A stretch of DNA of 63,219 bases, taken from positions 1-63,219 of the forward strand of contig JAKPPS010000052.1 in NCBI GenBank assembly GCA_029547225.1. Reading direction: 5' to 3'. The notes below the pieces were generated by a model. It worked only from the letters and a program-made list of their open reading frames with translations, had not been told where the DNA came from and ran no database searches. A program made the position numbers and the translations under genes. Positions 54,875 through 63,219 of the stretch are shown here, in pieces (the first letter of the stretch is position 1; each line of letters starts with the position of its first letter). The DNA comes from a bacterium. Its GTDB lineage: Bacteria > Patescibacteriota > Dojkabacteria > SC72 > WJKH01.

Positions 54875-55450
54875 CTATTTCTTTATTACAACCAAATCAC
54901 CATTGTTACCAGGGATTGGACCCTTTAACAAAATATAATTATCAACAATTTTTACGATTTTCTTATTCTTTAATGTAACTGAATTTCCACCCTTACGACC
55001 AGCCATCCTATGACCCTTAATAATCCTACCAGGATCAGTACCTGCACCAACCGAACCACCTGAACGATGCCTATCAGATTGACCATGTGTTTTTGGACCA
55101 CCATGGAAACCCCATCTTTTAACAACACCAGCAAAACCTTTTCCCTTTGCTGTTGCATTAATGTTTACAGTCTTTTCATCTTCAAACATCGATGCGACAA
55201 CATCATCACCAATCTTCAATTCACCTTCAATTTCTGAAAACATAGAGCGATGCATAGGTACATATCCAAGATCTTTATACTTACCTTGCAATGCAGTATT
55301 TGCACGTTTTTTACCGACTCCGAGCTCAACACCGTCCGATGTAATGTTGCAAACTTTACAACCTGTAACATCGACTACAGTAACAGGGACAGATAAATCT
55401 CCATCATATACTCTTGTCATTCCTTTTTTTATACCTAATATTGCTTTCAT
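54875..55450 (-). CDS. rplC: 50S ribosomal protein L3
   Basis: GIKKGMTRVY ... GKGFAGVVKRWGFHGGPKTHGQSDRHR. Confidence 0.95.
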   Translation of the reverse strand: MKAILGIKKGMTRVYDGDLSVPVTVVDVTGCKVCNITSDGVELGVGKKRANTALQGKYKDLGYVPMHRSMFSEIEGELKIGDDVVASMFEDEKTVNINATAKGKGFAGVVKRWGFHGGPKTHGQSDRHRSGGSVGAGTDPGRIIKGHRMAGRKGGNSVTLKNKKIVKIVDNYILLKGPIPGNNGDLVVIKK

Positions 55451-55458
55451 ACTTTTAA

Positions 55459-55773
55459 CTACTTGATTTGAATATCAACTCCAGCTGGGACTTGCAAATG
55501 TTGCAAAGACTCAATTGTTTTTGGAGTTGGATCAACTATATCAACTATTCTTTTATGTACTTTCATTTCAAAATGTTCAAACGCACCTTTGTAAATAAAA
55601 GGAGAGCGTTTAATTGCATACCGTTTACACTCAGTTGGAAAAGGGATTGGACCAGCAACTTTAGCGCCAGTACCAACGGCAGTTTCCATAATACTCTTAG
55701 CAGAACTGTCGAGAACTGCTGAATCGTATCCTTGTAATTTTACCCTAATTCTTAAACCTTGTTTTGCTGCCAT
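55459..55773 (-). CDS. rpsJ: 30S ribosomal protein S10
   Basis: LRIRVKLQGYD...GPIPFPT...SPFIYKGAFEHFEMKVHKR. Confidence 0.95.
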   Translation of the reverse strand: MAAKQGLRIRVKLQGYDSAVLDSSAKSIMETAVGTGAKVAGPIPFPTECKRYAIKRSPFIYKGAFEHFEMKVHKRIVDIVDPTPKTIESLQHLQVPAGVDIQIK

Positions 55774-55797
55774 ATTTAATAAAGAGCTAAATTAATA

Positions 55798-55827
55798 CTC
55801 ATCCGCCAGATCACTCTAGCGGATGAG
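55798..55827 (-). terminator. Perfect 9-bp hairpin between tuf and rpsJ (terminator/attenuator candidate)
   Basis: ctcatccgc (55798-55806) is the exact reverse complement of gcggatgag (55819-55827). Only a weak T tract follows on the minus strand. Confidence 0.45.
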
Positions 55828-55839
55828 ATTGTTACATAT

Positions 55840-57006
55840 TTATTTAATAATCTTAGTTACAACTCCATTACCTACTGTCTGACCACCCTCTCGGATAGCA
55901 AACCTCATACCCTCTTCAATAACAACTGGGGCAATGAGAGTAACTGAGATCTCAACATTATCACCAGGCATAACCATTTCAGTACCCTCTGGTAATTTAA
56001 CTTCACCAGTGACATCTGCGGTTCTAACATAGAACTGTGGTTTGTATCCTGACATAAATGGTTTGTGACGACCACCCTCTTCTTTATGTAATGCATAAAC
56101 CTGCGCTGTGAACTCTGTGTGACATGTTACTGTACCAACTTTAGAAATTACTTGTCCTCTTTCAACATCTATTCTCTTAAGACCTCTTAACAAGAGACCA
56201 ACATTGTCTCCAGCTTGACCCTCGTTCAATGATTTATTGAACATCTCAACACCTGTAACTGCTGTTTTCTGATCTGCTCTACCCATACCTAATACATCAA
56301 CCTCATCGTTTAGTTTTACAACACCTCTTTCAATTCTACCAGTTACAACTGTTCCTCGTCCTTCAATTGAGAAGACATCTTCAATTGGCATCAAGAATGG
56401 CTTGTCTAAATCTCTTGGTGGAATTGGGATATACTCATCAACAGCTTTCATCAATTCTTTAACAGCATTGATACCTTCCTCAGCATTCTCTTGTGCTTTA
56501 AGTGCACTACCAACAATGATTGGACAATTCTTATCATAACCGTTCTTCTCTAATGCATCTTGAATATCAGATTTAATGATCTCCATGATTTCTGGATCAG
56601 AATCAACAAAAGTATTAATGAAAACAACAATCTTTGGAACGCCAACCTGTTTTGCAAGTAAGATATGCTCCTTTGTCTGAGGCATAGCACCGTCAGTATT
56701 AGAAACTACCAAAATAGCACCATCCATCTGAGCTGCACCAGTAATCATGTTCTTGATATAGTCTCGGTGTCCTGGGCAATCTACTAATGCATAGTGTCGA
56801 GAATCTGTTTCAAACTCAACATGTGCAACTGAGATTGTGATACTCTTTGCTCTCGAAACAGGATCTTTATCTAATCTATCTTGAGTTTTCTCATAATCTT
56901 TACCGAATGCTCTCAAAATACCTCTAACTAATGTAGTCTTACCATGATCAACATGTCCGATTGTACCAATATTGACATGTGGCTTTGTTCTTTCAAATTG
57001 TGCCAT
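55840..57006 (-). CDS. tuf: Elongation factor Tu
   Basis: [27 protein letters not shown] and NTFVD G-domain motifs. Confidence 0.97.
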   Translation of the reverse strand: MAQFERTKPHVNIGTIGHVDHGKTTLVRGILRAFGKDYEKTQDRLDKDPVSRAKSITISVAHVEFETDSRHYALVDCPGHRDYIKNMITGAAQMDGAILVVSNTDGAMPQTKEHILLAKQVGVPKIVVFINTFVDSDPEIMEIIKSDIQDALEKNGYDKNCPIIVGSALKAQENAEEGINAVKELMKAVDEYIPIPPRDLDKPFLMPIEDVFSIEGRGTVVTGRIERGVVKLNDEVDVLGMGRADQKTAVTGVEMFNKSLNEGQAGDNVGLLLRGLKRIDVERGQVISKVGTVTCHTEFTAQVYALHKEEGGRHKPFMSGYKPQFYVRTADVTGEVKLPEGTEMVMPGDNVEISVTLIAPVVIEEGMRFAIREGGQTVGNGVVTKIIK

Positions 57007-57097
57007 ATTTATTATTGTATAAATTTATTTACATAAAAACTTCTAACTGAAGTCCCGAGTATATTACCAGAAACTTCCACTCTTTTCAAGAGCTAAA

Positions 57098-59194
57098 TTA
57101 ACTTTTTTTTGCAATTTCTTCAACTATGTTCCTTGGAACCTCAGAATAGTGTGAAAACTCCATATTTACAGTACCTCTTCCACTAGTCAAGGATCTAATC
57201 TGAGTTGTATATCCGAATAATTCTGACAAAGGTACCTTTGCAGAAACTACAAATAAGTTATTTTTTGTCTCCTGTTTTTGAATAATACCTCTCTTACTAC
57301 TCAAAGAACCGGTAATTTCTCCGACAAATTGCTCAGGAGTAGTAACTTCAACTGACATGACTGGCTCCATTATTACTGGAGATGCGTTTCTACAGCCTTC
57401 TTTAAAAGCCATAGATCCCGCAACCTTAAATGCCGCATCAGAAGAGTCAACTTCATGATATGAACCATCGTAGACTGCAACTTTTATGTCAACAACTGGG
57501 TATCCTGCTAATACACCAGCACTCATAGCTTCTTTAACACCTTTTTCAATTGAAGGGATAAACTCCTTTGGAACAGTACCACCCTTAACTTCATTTACAA
57601 ACTCAAAACCTTTACCAGGATTTGGTTCCAACCTAAGCCAGCAGTGTCCATACTGACCCTTACCACCTGACTGCTTAACATATCGTCCCTCTTCTTCACG
57701 TACTCCCTTGATTGTCTCTCGGTAAGCTACCATTGGTCGACCAACATTTGCTTGAACATTAAACTCTCTCTTTAGTCTGTCAACCATAATATCTAAGTGT
57801 AATTCACCCATCCCCCAGATAATAGTCTGACCGGTTTCAGTATTCGAAGTAACTTTAAATGTAGGATCTTCTTTAATAAGCCTTGCCAAAGCCAAACCCA
57901 TCTTTTCTTGGTCTGCCTTTGTAGCTGGTTCGATTGCCTCTGATACAACTGGTTCAGCGAAAGTAATCTTTTCAAGAATAATTTGATTTGCCTCATCACA
58001 TAATGTATCTCCCGTTGTTGAATCTTTAAGTCCGACTATAGCACCGATATCACCAGCTCTTAGCTCACTTACTTCTTCTCGCTGATCAGCATGCATAAGT
58101 ACAAGACGACTAATCCTCTCTTTTATCTTTTGGGTAGAGTTATAAACATATGATCCAGACTCAACCTTACCTGAATAAATTCGGAAATATGATAGATTAC
58201 CAATATGTGGGTCATTAACTAACTTGAAAACCAATGATGAGAATGGCTCTGTATCACTTGGCTTTCGAATTATCTCTTCGTCTGTTTTAACATCGTGCCC
58301 CTTAATATCACCGACATCCACCGGAGAAGGCAAGAACATTGTTATAAAGTCTAGTAATCTACGAGCAACTGGGGATCTAGAGTCACCACCTGAACATGGG
58401 AACAGATTTGCTGACAATGTACCCTTGCGGATTGCACCTATCAACTCCTCTTTAGTAATTTCCTCACCTCCGAGATATTTCTCCATGAGAACATCATCTT
58501 GTTCAACTGCCCTTTCGACAAGCTCACTACGATACTTATTTGCCATCTCGACCATATCAGCTGGAATTTCTTCTATCGTGAGTTCTTTATCTTCAATACT
58601 ATTATAAGTATAAGCCTTCATTTCGATCAGATCTACGATACCTCTCAAGGAAGTCTCTCTACCGATAGGTAATGTCAAAGCAACTGCCTTTGGAGAGAGT
58701 CTATCTTTAATTGTAGACAGGGTCATAAGGAAATCTCCACCGACAAGATTGAGTTTATTAGCGAAACAAATTCGTGGAACGCCATATTTATTTGCTTGCC
58801 TCCAAACTGTCTCAGATTGTGGCTCAACACCCATCTTACCATCGAAAAGTACTACTGCACCATCAAGAACTCTTAATGAACGCTCTACTTCAGCTGTAAA
58901 GTCAACATGTCCCGGAGTGTCAATGATGTTAATACGATATTTCTTACCATTGATATCCCAGAAGCAAGTAACTGCTGCAGACATGATAGTAATACCTCTT
59001 TCACGCTCTTGAGCCATAAAGTCTGTTGTTGCTTCACCATCGTGTACCTCACCGATTTTATGCTTCTGACCAGTAAAATATAAAAGCCTTTCTGTAGTAG
59101 TAGTTTTACCAGCATCGATATGAGCTATGATACCAATATTTCGGATTTGATCCATTGGCATTTTAACATTATAAGTTGATGACGCGATGTCCAT
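57098..59194 (-). CDS. fusA: Elongation factor G
   Basis: [30 protein letters not shown] and NKLN. Five-domain length of 698 aa. Confidence 0.97.
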   Translation of the reverse strand: MDIASSTYNVKMPMDQIRNIGIIAHIDAGKTTTTERLLYFTGQKHKIGEVHDGEATTDFMAQERERGITIMSAAVTCFWDINGKKYRINIIDTPGHVDFTAEVERSLRVLDGAVVLFDGKMGVEPQSETVWRQANKYGVPRICFANKLNLVGGDFLMTLSTIKDRLSPKAVALTLPIGRETSLRGIVDLIEMKAYTYNSIEDKELTIEEIPADMVEMANKYRSELVERAVEQDDVLMEKYLGGEEITKEELIGAIRKGTLSANLFPCSGGDSRSPVARRLLDFITMFLPSPVDVGDIKGHDVKTDEEIIRKPSDTEPFSSLVFKLVNDPHIGNLSYFRIYSGKVESGSYVYNSTQKIKERISRLVLMHADQREEVSELRAGDIGAIVGLKDSTTGDTLCDEANQIILEKITFAEPVVSEAIEPATKADQEKMGLALARLIKEDPTFKVTSNTETGQTIIWGMGELHLDIMVDRLKREFNVQANVGRPMVAYRETIKGVREEEGRYVKQSGGKGQYGHCWLRLEPNPGKGFEFVNEVKGGTVPKEFIPSIEKGVKEAMSAGVLAGYPVVDIKVAVYDGSYHEVDSSDAAFKVAGSMAFKEGCRNASPVIMEPVMSVEVTTPEQFVGEITGSLSSKRGIIQKQETKNNLFVVSAKVPLSELFGYTTQIRSLTSGRGTVNMEFSHYSEVPRNIVEEIAKKS

Positions 59195-59302
59195 ATTTAA
59201 TAATTAAAAATATTAATTAGATTTGCTAATAAGCTCGAAGCATATTAGTCACACAAATTGAAAACTATATTCAAGGAAAACAAAAAAGTCTTCGCAAGTG
59301 GT

Positions 59303-59311
59303 ATTATATCA
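59303..59311 (-). promoter_or_regulatory. Extended -10 box (TGATATAAT) upstream of fusA
   Basis: The minus strand reads TTGGCT-17 nt-TATAAT with a TG at the extended -10 position. It lies about 110 nt upstream of the fusA ATG. Confidence 0.45.
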
Positions 59312-59316
59312 GACAA

Positions 59317-60777
59317 TTAATTAATAGCCAAGAGCTTGTTTGCATTATCTGTAACCTCTCCCTGAAGATCAAATTCTATTGCATCTTCAAGATAGGTTGT
59401 AGCCGTCTGTGTATCACCCTTAGCTAAATAATATTTACCATAATAATATTGAACCCAAGGTTTAGGCCCATCGAGCGAAGCATAACTTTCTAACAAAGAC
59501 TGTGCAAGATCAATGTTATTTATCCCGAATGCATATTCGAGATAATAATTGTAATATTGAGATTTTTCTTCATCCGTCATTGATGTCTGAACAGTTAAAC
59601 CATCTAGATTATCTTTTAACTTCTGATAATTCTTATCCTTAAGATACTGCTTGCAATAAGACAGCTTTAGCCAGACACTATCACCTGTTTGCGCAATACT
59701 ATCAAGTACACTTATCGCCTTTGTTCCTTGATTGGCAGTATAGAGCGCATCAAACAATTCTTTCCTGTAGCTTAATTTCAAGTCTTCAGATGCTAAAGAA
59801 ATTGCCTTTTCATAATTTTGAATTGCACTTTCAGTTTGATCACTCATATAATATGCTCTTGCCAAATGTAAATATAATTCGTCAGAACTTGGATTGAGAG
59901 ATGTTGCTTCATTAAGTACATCGATAGCCTTGTTGTAATCACCATAATCTAAATAGGCCTTACCTAGAAAAAATAACCCGTCCCAGTATTCACCCATACT
60001 GTCGCGGAGAGGTTGTAAAATATCAACTGCAAGCTTTGGATATCCAGCGTTTATATATACTCCCGAAATTGCAGTAGAAACAAAAAGATTATCTTCTTGA
60101 TAATTCTTTACCCTATCAAGTGTCTGTGTTAAGTTATTGTATTGAGTTTGTAACTTTGAAACATCGGTTGAATCAACAGTAACAGAGGAAATTGCCTCAG
60201 CAATATCTGAAAGATTAATTCCCTTTGTATAGGAATCGAGAAGCCTTGCCTCAAACCAAATATTTTTATCCGTAGTTGAGACATCAAGGTAATCCTTTGC
60301 CTTCTGAGTATCTCCTTGCAACATATAGCTTCTAGCTAACAATATCTTAGCATCATCGTTCTCACTATTGTTTTTCAATGATTTACTGGCAAGATTGATA
60401 GTTTGTTCATTAGATCCCTGCGAAAAGTAGCTTTTTGATATATCCGCATACATCTGCGAACTCTCAGTATTTAGTCCCTTATTCGAAGCGATATCAGCAA
60501 TCTCTTCGGCTTTCTGTAAAAGGTTTTTATCAATCAAGATTTTCACTATACCCAAATATGCTTCTGGTCTATCAGATATCTGAGATGTTGCATCTAAATA
60601 TAGCTTTAAAGAATCCGCATATTGTTTTGCATCATATTGTGACTGAGCTGACGAGATCAGAGTGTCATATTTTTCGACAGTTTGCTCGCTTTTTGTGCAC
60701 CCTGATAATAATGCGGAAGATAAAGTCACTATCACTATCGCCATTATTGACATTATTACTGTTTTTATTTTTGCCAT
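59317..60777 (-). CDS. TPR-repeat lipoprotein
   Basis: Lipobox LLSGC at residues 23-27. Repeated TPR-like A..Y...G.Y..A...Y helices throughout. Confidence 0.75.
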   Translation of the reverse strand: MAKIKTVIMSIMAIVIVTLSSALLSGCTKSEQTVEKYDTLISSAQSQYDAKQYADSLKLYLDATSQISDRPEAYLGIVKILIDKNLLQKAEEIADIASNKGLNTESSQMYADISKSYFSQGSNEQTINLASKSLKNNSENDDAKILLARSYMLQGDTQKAKDYLDVSTTDKNIWFEARLLDSYTKGINLSDIAEAISSVTVDSTDVSKLQTQYNNLTQTLDRVKNYQEDNLFVSTAISGVYINAGYPKLAVDILQPLRDSMGEYWDGLFFLGKAYLDYGDYNKAIDVLNEATSLNPSSDELYLHLARAYYMSDQTESAIQNYEKAISLASEDLKLSYRKELFDALYTANQGTKAISVLDSIAQTGDSVWLKLSYCKQYLKDKNYQKLKDNLDGLTVQTSMTDEEKSQYYNYYLEYAFGINNIDLAQSLLESYASLDGPKPWVQYYYGKYYLAKGDTQTATTYLEDAIEFDLQGEVTDNANKLLAIN

Positions 60778-61093
60778 ATTTTTATTGTAGCATATTTTAT
60801 ATGTTTTTTTGCAAATTACTCACAGGGAACAATTTTCTTACAATGGTAAGTTTTTCGCAACCTAGAGTACCTGAAATATTTCAACTATTTATTTATTCTA
60901 TAATATATTGTAATTCACTAAGAAATAGTCTGATCCTAAATTTAGGATTGAATAAACATTGTACTGTTGTTTGTTAATTTCATGCACATATTTTTTCAAT
61001 AATACTTATAGTTAGTACAAAAGTATTTACTTAATCACACATAGATGATACCGTAATAGAGAATAAAAATATATAAATTTAGAATAATTAGAC

Positions 61094-61756
61094 ATGGGAT
61101 TAAAATTAGAAGATCACGTATTTAGAATTCTGCAAAACCAAAAGAAATTAGGTGAGTATCTAGGTGAACATCAATGGAGTTTTAACATGGACAAAGGTTT
61201 ATTAACTTTCTTTGATAAACAAGGTAAGGTACTTATTGAGTTTCCCGTTCAGATTATTGGCACTGAAGGATATAAAGCAAATACTTGGTTATGGTCATGG
61301 GCAAATACTAAAAGCAACATACCTGACAACTTATTAGTTGCGGCGAATACAATAAAAGAAGCTGGAACGAAGGAAAATCTTGATCAATTTACAAAAGCTG
61401 AATTGCCCCTCGAACCCAATCTCGGTGTTAATCTATCGATTATATCTGCTGGATATCTTGGACATTTTGCATATTTTCCGTGTAAATATGAAGGCGGATG
61501 CATGTATGTAACTATTGAAAAACCGCCAGTAAGTATTAATAATGTAACTGACTTTCAGACTGTTTTCTCAACATTACGCATGGGAATGTCATCATTTAAA
61601 ATGAATCAAAAACAAGCCGTTATGGCCTACCTTGGGGATAAATTTACAATTTTAGAACCAAATAAATTTAAGTGGGATCTTGATACTGGCTCTGTAGAAA
61701 TCCAATTTGAAGAGAATAACTCAATTAAGGAGTTTAAGGCGTCACCCAAAAAGTAA
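61094..61756 (+). CDS. Hypothetical cytoplasmic protein
   Basis: 220-aa ORF with no TM. The HQWSFNMDKGLLTF...TWLWSWAN pattern is not confidently assignable. Confidence 0.5.
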   Translation: MGLKLEDHVFRILQNQKKLGEYLGEHQWSFNMDKGLLTFFDKQGKVLIEFPVQIIGTEGYKANTWLWSWANTKSNIPDNLLVAANTIKEAGTKENLDQFTKAELPLEPNLGVNLSIISAGYLGHFAYFPCKYEGGCMYVTIEKPPVSINNVTDFQTVFSTLRMGMSSFKMNQKQAVMAYLGDKFTILEPNKFKWDLDTGSVEIQFEENNSIKEFKASPKK

Positions 61757-61833
61757 TTGAACAAGAAATTAGAATTTGATCCCTGAAAATCAGTCTAACT
61801 CATTTTTCACAATTCCTTTATTTATATCAAAAA

Positions 61834-62355
61834 ATGATCCATACTAGTCAAATCGACAAAAACACAATAAATATCTATTTAAGACACTATACCGATAAAA
61901 GATACTTAATAACTATTATCGCCTTGATAATAGTAGACATATTATTAGTCCTATTCGATATTTACCTCATAAACAAATATCCAATTACTCAAATTCATGC
62001 CTCCCAGTTTGGGAACATAAGTATTATAGCAATATACATACTCATATCGATTACTTTGTTTTATGTTACTTACCTTGTCTTTCGAGAAAAAAAACGGGAA
62101 AAAAATGCCCCAATATTTTTTGTTCACACGGATAGAAAGACGATAGAAATACCCTCAGAGAAAAAAGAGATATCACTGAAAGAAATAAAAGATATTTCTC
62201 TAATAAAGCAAGAAAAGGTCTCTTTGTATACTGGCGCTCCTCCTGAAACATATACACTTGTGTTTAATTTACAAGATCAAGACATTATTTCTTATATTCT
62301 TTTTTATTATCAGGATGGTAAGCGGGCAAGAGACTTGATTCTTTCTTATGTATAA
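61834..62355 (+). CDS. Hypothetical membrane protein (two TM helices)
   Basis: Helices YLITIIALIIVDILLVLFDIYLI and ISIIAIYILISITLFYVTYLVF. No family recognised. Confidence 0.5.
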   Translation: MIHTSQIDKNTINIYLRHYTDKRYLITIIALIIVDILLVLFDIYLINKYPITQIHASQFGNISIIAIYILISITLFYVTYLVFREKKREKNAPIFFVHTDRKTIEIPSEKKEISLKEIKDISLIKQEKVSLYTGAPPETYTLVFNLQDQDIISYILFYYQDGKRARDLILSYV

Positions 62356-62477
62356 AAACTGCCTTACTCATAATTTCCGATGATAATTCTAAATATCTTT
62401 TCAATACTCGAAAACATTTTAATATCAAGAAAATATTAGCAACTAATATCAACCTGATACATTAATTTCTGAAAATA

Positions 62478-62486
62478 TGATATAAT
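62478..62486 (+). promoter_or_regulatory. Extended -10 box (TGATATAAT) upstream of the DUF348/G5-like gene
   Basis: Exact TG-n-TATAAT. It implies a leader of about 180 nt before the ATG at 62672. Confidence 0.45.
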
Positions 62487-62671
62487 AGAGTCTTAAGGTT
62501 GACAGAACAAGAGAAAAAATGCTGATATTAATATTATGTTTGATTAGCAGCAGAAATAGCTAATTGACATAGGAAGCAATGTCTGTCAAAATCAGGGTTG
62601 ACTATTGGAACCGGACCGAAAAATACTTGTAAAAACATAGCCAATAGGTTTAATTATGTAAACAAAGCGTA

Positions 62672-63219
62672 ATGAATAGTTTGCTCAGAAAGAGCGAAAA
62701 GGCGACAAGCCGTATTGATCTACTCTATGTTGTAGGTCTTGTTATTGTATTAGCAGTATTACTCATCGTTATGATCTTGAGATCTATTGATGATGATATT
62801 AAGGTTTACGCATCGGATAATGAAAAAAATTCCTCTGATACGCAATCTGCTTTAAATGATGATGAAAATTCCCCGACAAACGTAAACGTTTACGGCCAAA
62901 TATATACAGAATATTTTAACGAGGAGCTTGTAACTCCATTCAATAGTTCATCAATTAGAGTGAACAAAAACCGGTTAGAAAATATTAACTCTGCACCTCG
63001 TATTGTTACTGTCAAAACAAAAGACTCTGAACAAAAGTTACTGACATACGGCAAGACGGTCGGTGAGATACTCTCAGACACAGATATCAACACTGAAGGC
63101 ACTCGGATTATCCCCCCAGCAGACGAGATATTGAAGTATCCACACGAGATAGAAATCCGACAATACCAGGAGATACTTGAAACTACTACTAGACCAGTAC
63201 AATATGAATCATTGATGAT
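62672..63219 (+). CDS. DUF348/G5-domain cell-wall protein (YabE/RpfB-like), 3'-truncated by the window end
   Basis: A manually read open frame from ATG 62672 to the window end, not in the ORF track. N-terminal anchor (LLYVVGLVIVLAVLLIVMIL). VTVKTKDSEQKLLTYGKTVGEILSDTDINTEGTRIIPPADE is DUF348-like. Confidence 0.65.
   Translation, partial: MNSLLRKSEKATSRIDLLYVVGLVIVLAVLLIVMILRSIDDDIKVYASDNEKNSSDTQSALNDDENSPTNVNVYGQIYTEYFNEELVTPFNSSSIRVNKNRLENINSAPRIVTVKTKDSEQKLLTYGKTVGEILSDTDINTEGTRIIPPADEILKYPHEIEIRQYQEILETTTRPVQYESLM

Noticed and set aside
42860-55722. Numerous plus-strand ORFs inside the ribosomal operon (e.g. 42860-43318, 49999-50664, 51930-52301, 54353-54691, 55161-55466)
   Set aside because: All are antisense shadows of highly conserved minus-strand ribosomal protein genes. 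They have low-complexity Ser/Leu/Phe-rich translations.
60435-60977. 180-aa plus-strand ORF
   Set aside because: It is mostly antisense to the TPR lipoprotein gene and its translation is low complexity. The TPR frame is clearly the real one.
62493-62671. Cyclic-di-AMP (ydaO-type) riboswitch upstream of the DUF348/G5 gene
   Set aside because: The conserved ydaO cores (GGGGA..CCCA, ACCCGAA..CCG.CAGCUAACC) are not present.
1-63219. Alternative genetic code (UGA recoding as in some CPR lineages)
   Set aside because: Long conserved genes (fusA, tuf, secY, lysS, glyQS, rpoA) are full-length and uninterrupted under the standard code.
1-63219. Mobile elements, prophage or known defence systems (restriction-modification, toxin-antitoxin, CRISPR-Cas, retrons)
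   Set aside because: I could recognise no transposase, integrase, phage structural, RT, nuclease-methylase or toxin-antitoxin signatures in any ORF. The only repeat-like element is the unclassified pair at 199-514.

Overview
This is an AT-rich, gene-dense bacterial segment that reads cleanly with the standard genetic code. Three things suggest a Patescibacteria/CPR-like organism (inference, no search run): a compact ribosomal super-operon with no L30 gene, Lys-rich extensions on several ribosomal proteins, and many membrane-anchored or secreted hypothetical proteins. Left arm (1-25.3 kb): two ~126-nt GC-rich structured repeats at the window edge, then envelope and stress genes (LMW phosphatase, VanW, PspC plus LiaF-like, acyltransferase, deacetylase-like, Ig-like plus C39-like peptidase). 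These are followed by lysS, glyQS, two Gre-factor paralogs flanking trmD and tRNA-Glu(CUC), a UMP-kinase-like gene, a CAP-domain protein, HU, ymdB and rny. Centre (25.8-37.4 kb): the most unusual locus, with three tandem minus-strand paralogs of 1066, 1149 and 1198 aa. Each has an N-terminal membrane anchor, an FN3-like domain, a divergent cysteine-rich core and a conserved C-terminal tandem GWNL/PGEAYF module. One paralog carries an HEVGH zincin motif and another an M23/LytM-like signature. A membrane protein with an HELTH motif lies just downstream. I propose this as a candidate undescribed cell-surface host-interaction or lytic system. Right arm (37.7-59.2 kb): an expanded ComM/YifB ATPase, then on the minus strand fusA-tuf-S10-spc-alpha-rplM-rpsI. 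rpmJ is absent from the ORF track and was found by hand. There is no room for L30 or L29 at their canonical positions. The window ends with a TPR lipoprotein, two hypotheticals and a 3'-truncated DUF348/G5-like gene. I recognised no CRISPR array, transposase, integrase, prophage or known defence gene. All family calls come from motif recognition by eye, and domain boundaries are approximate.
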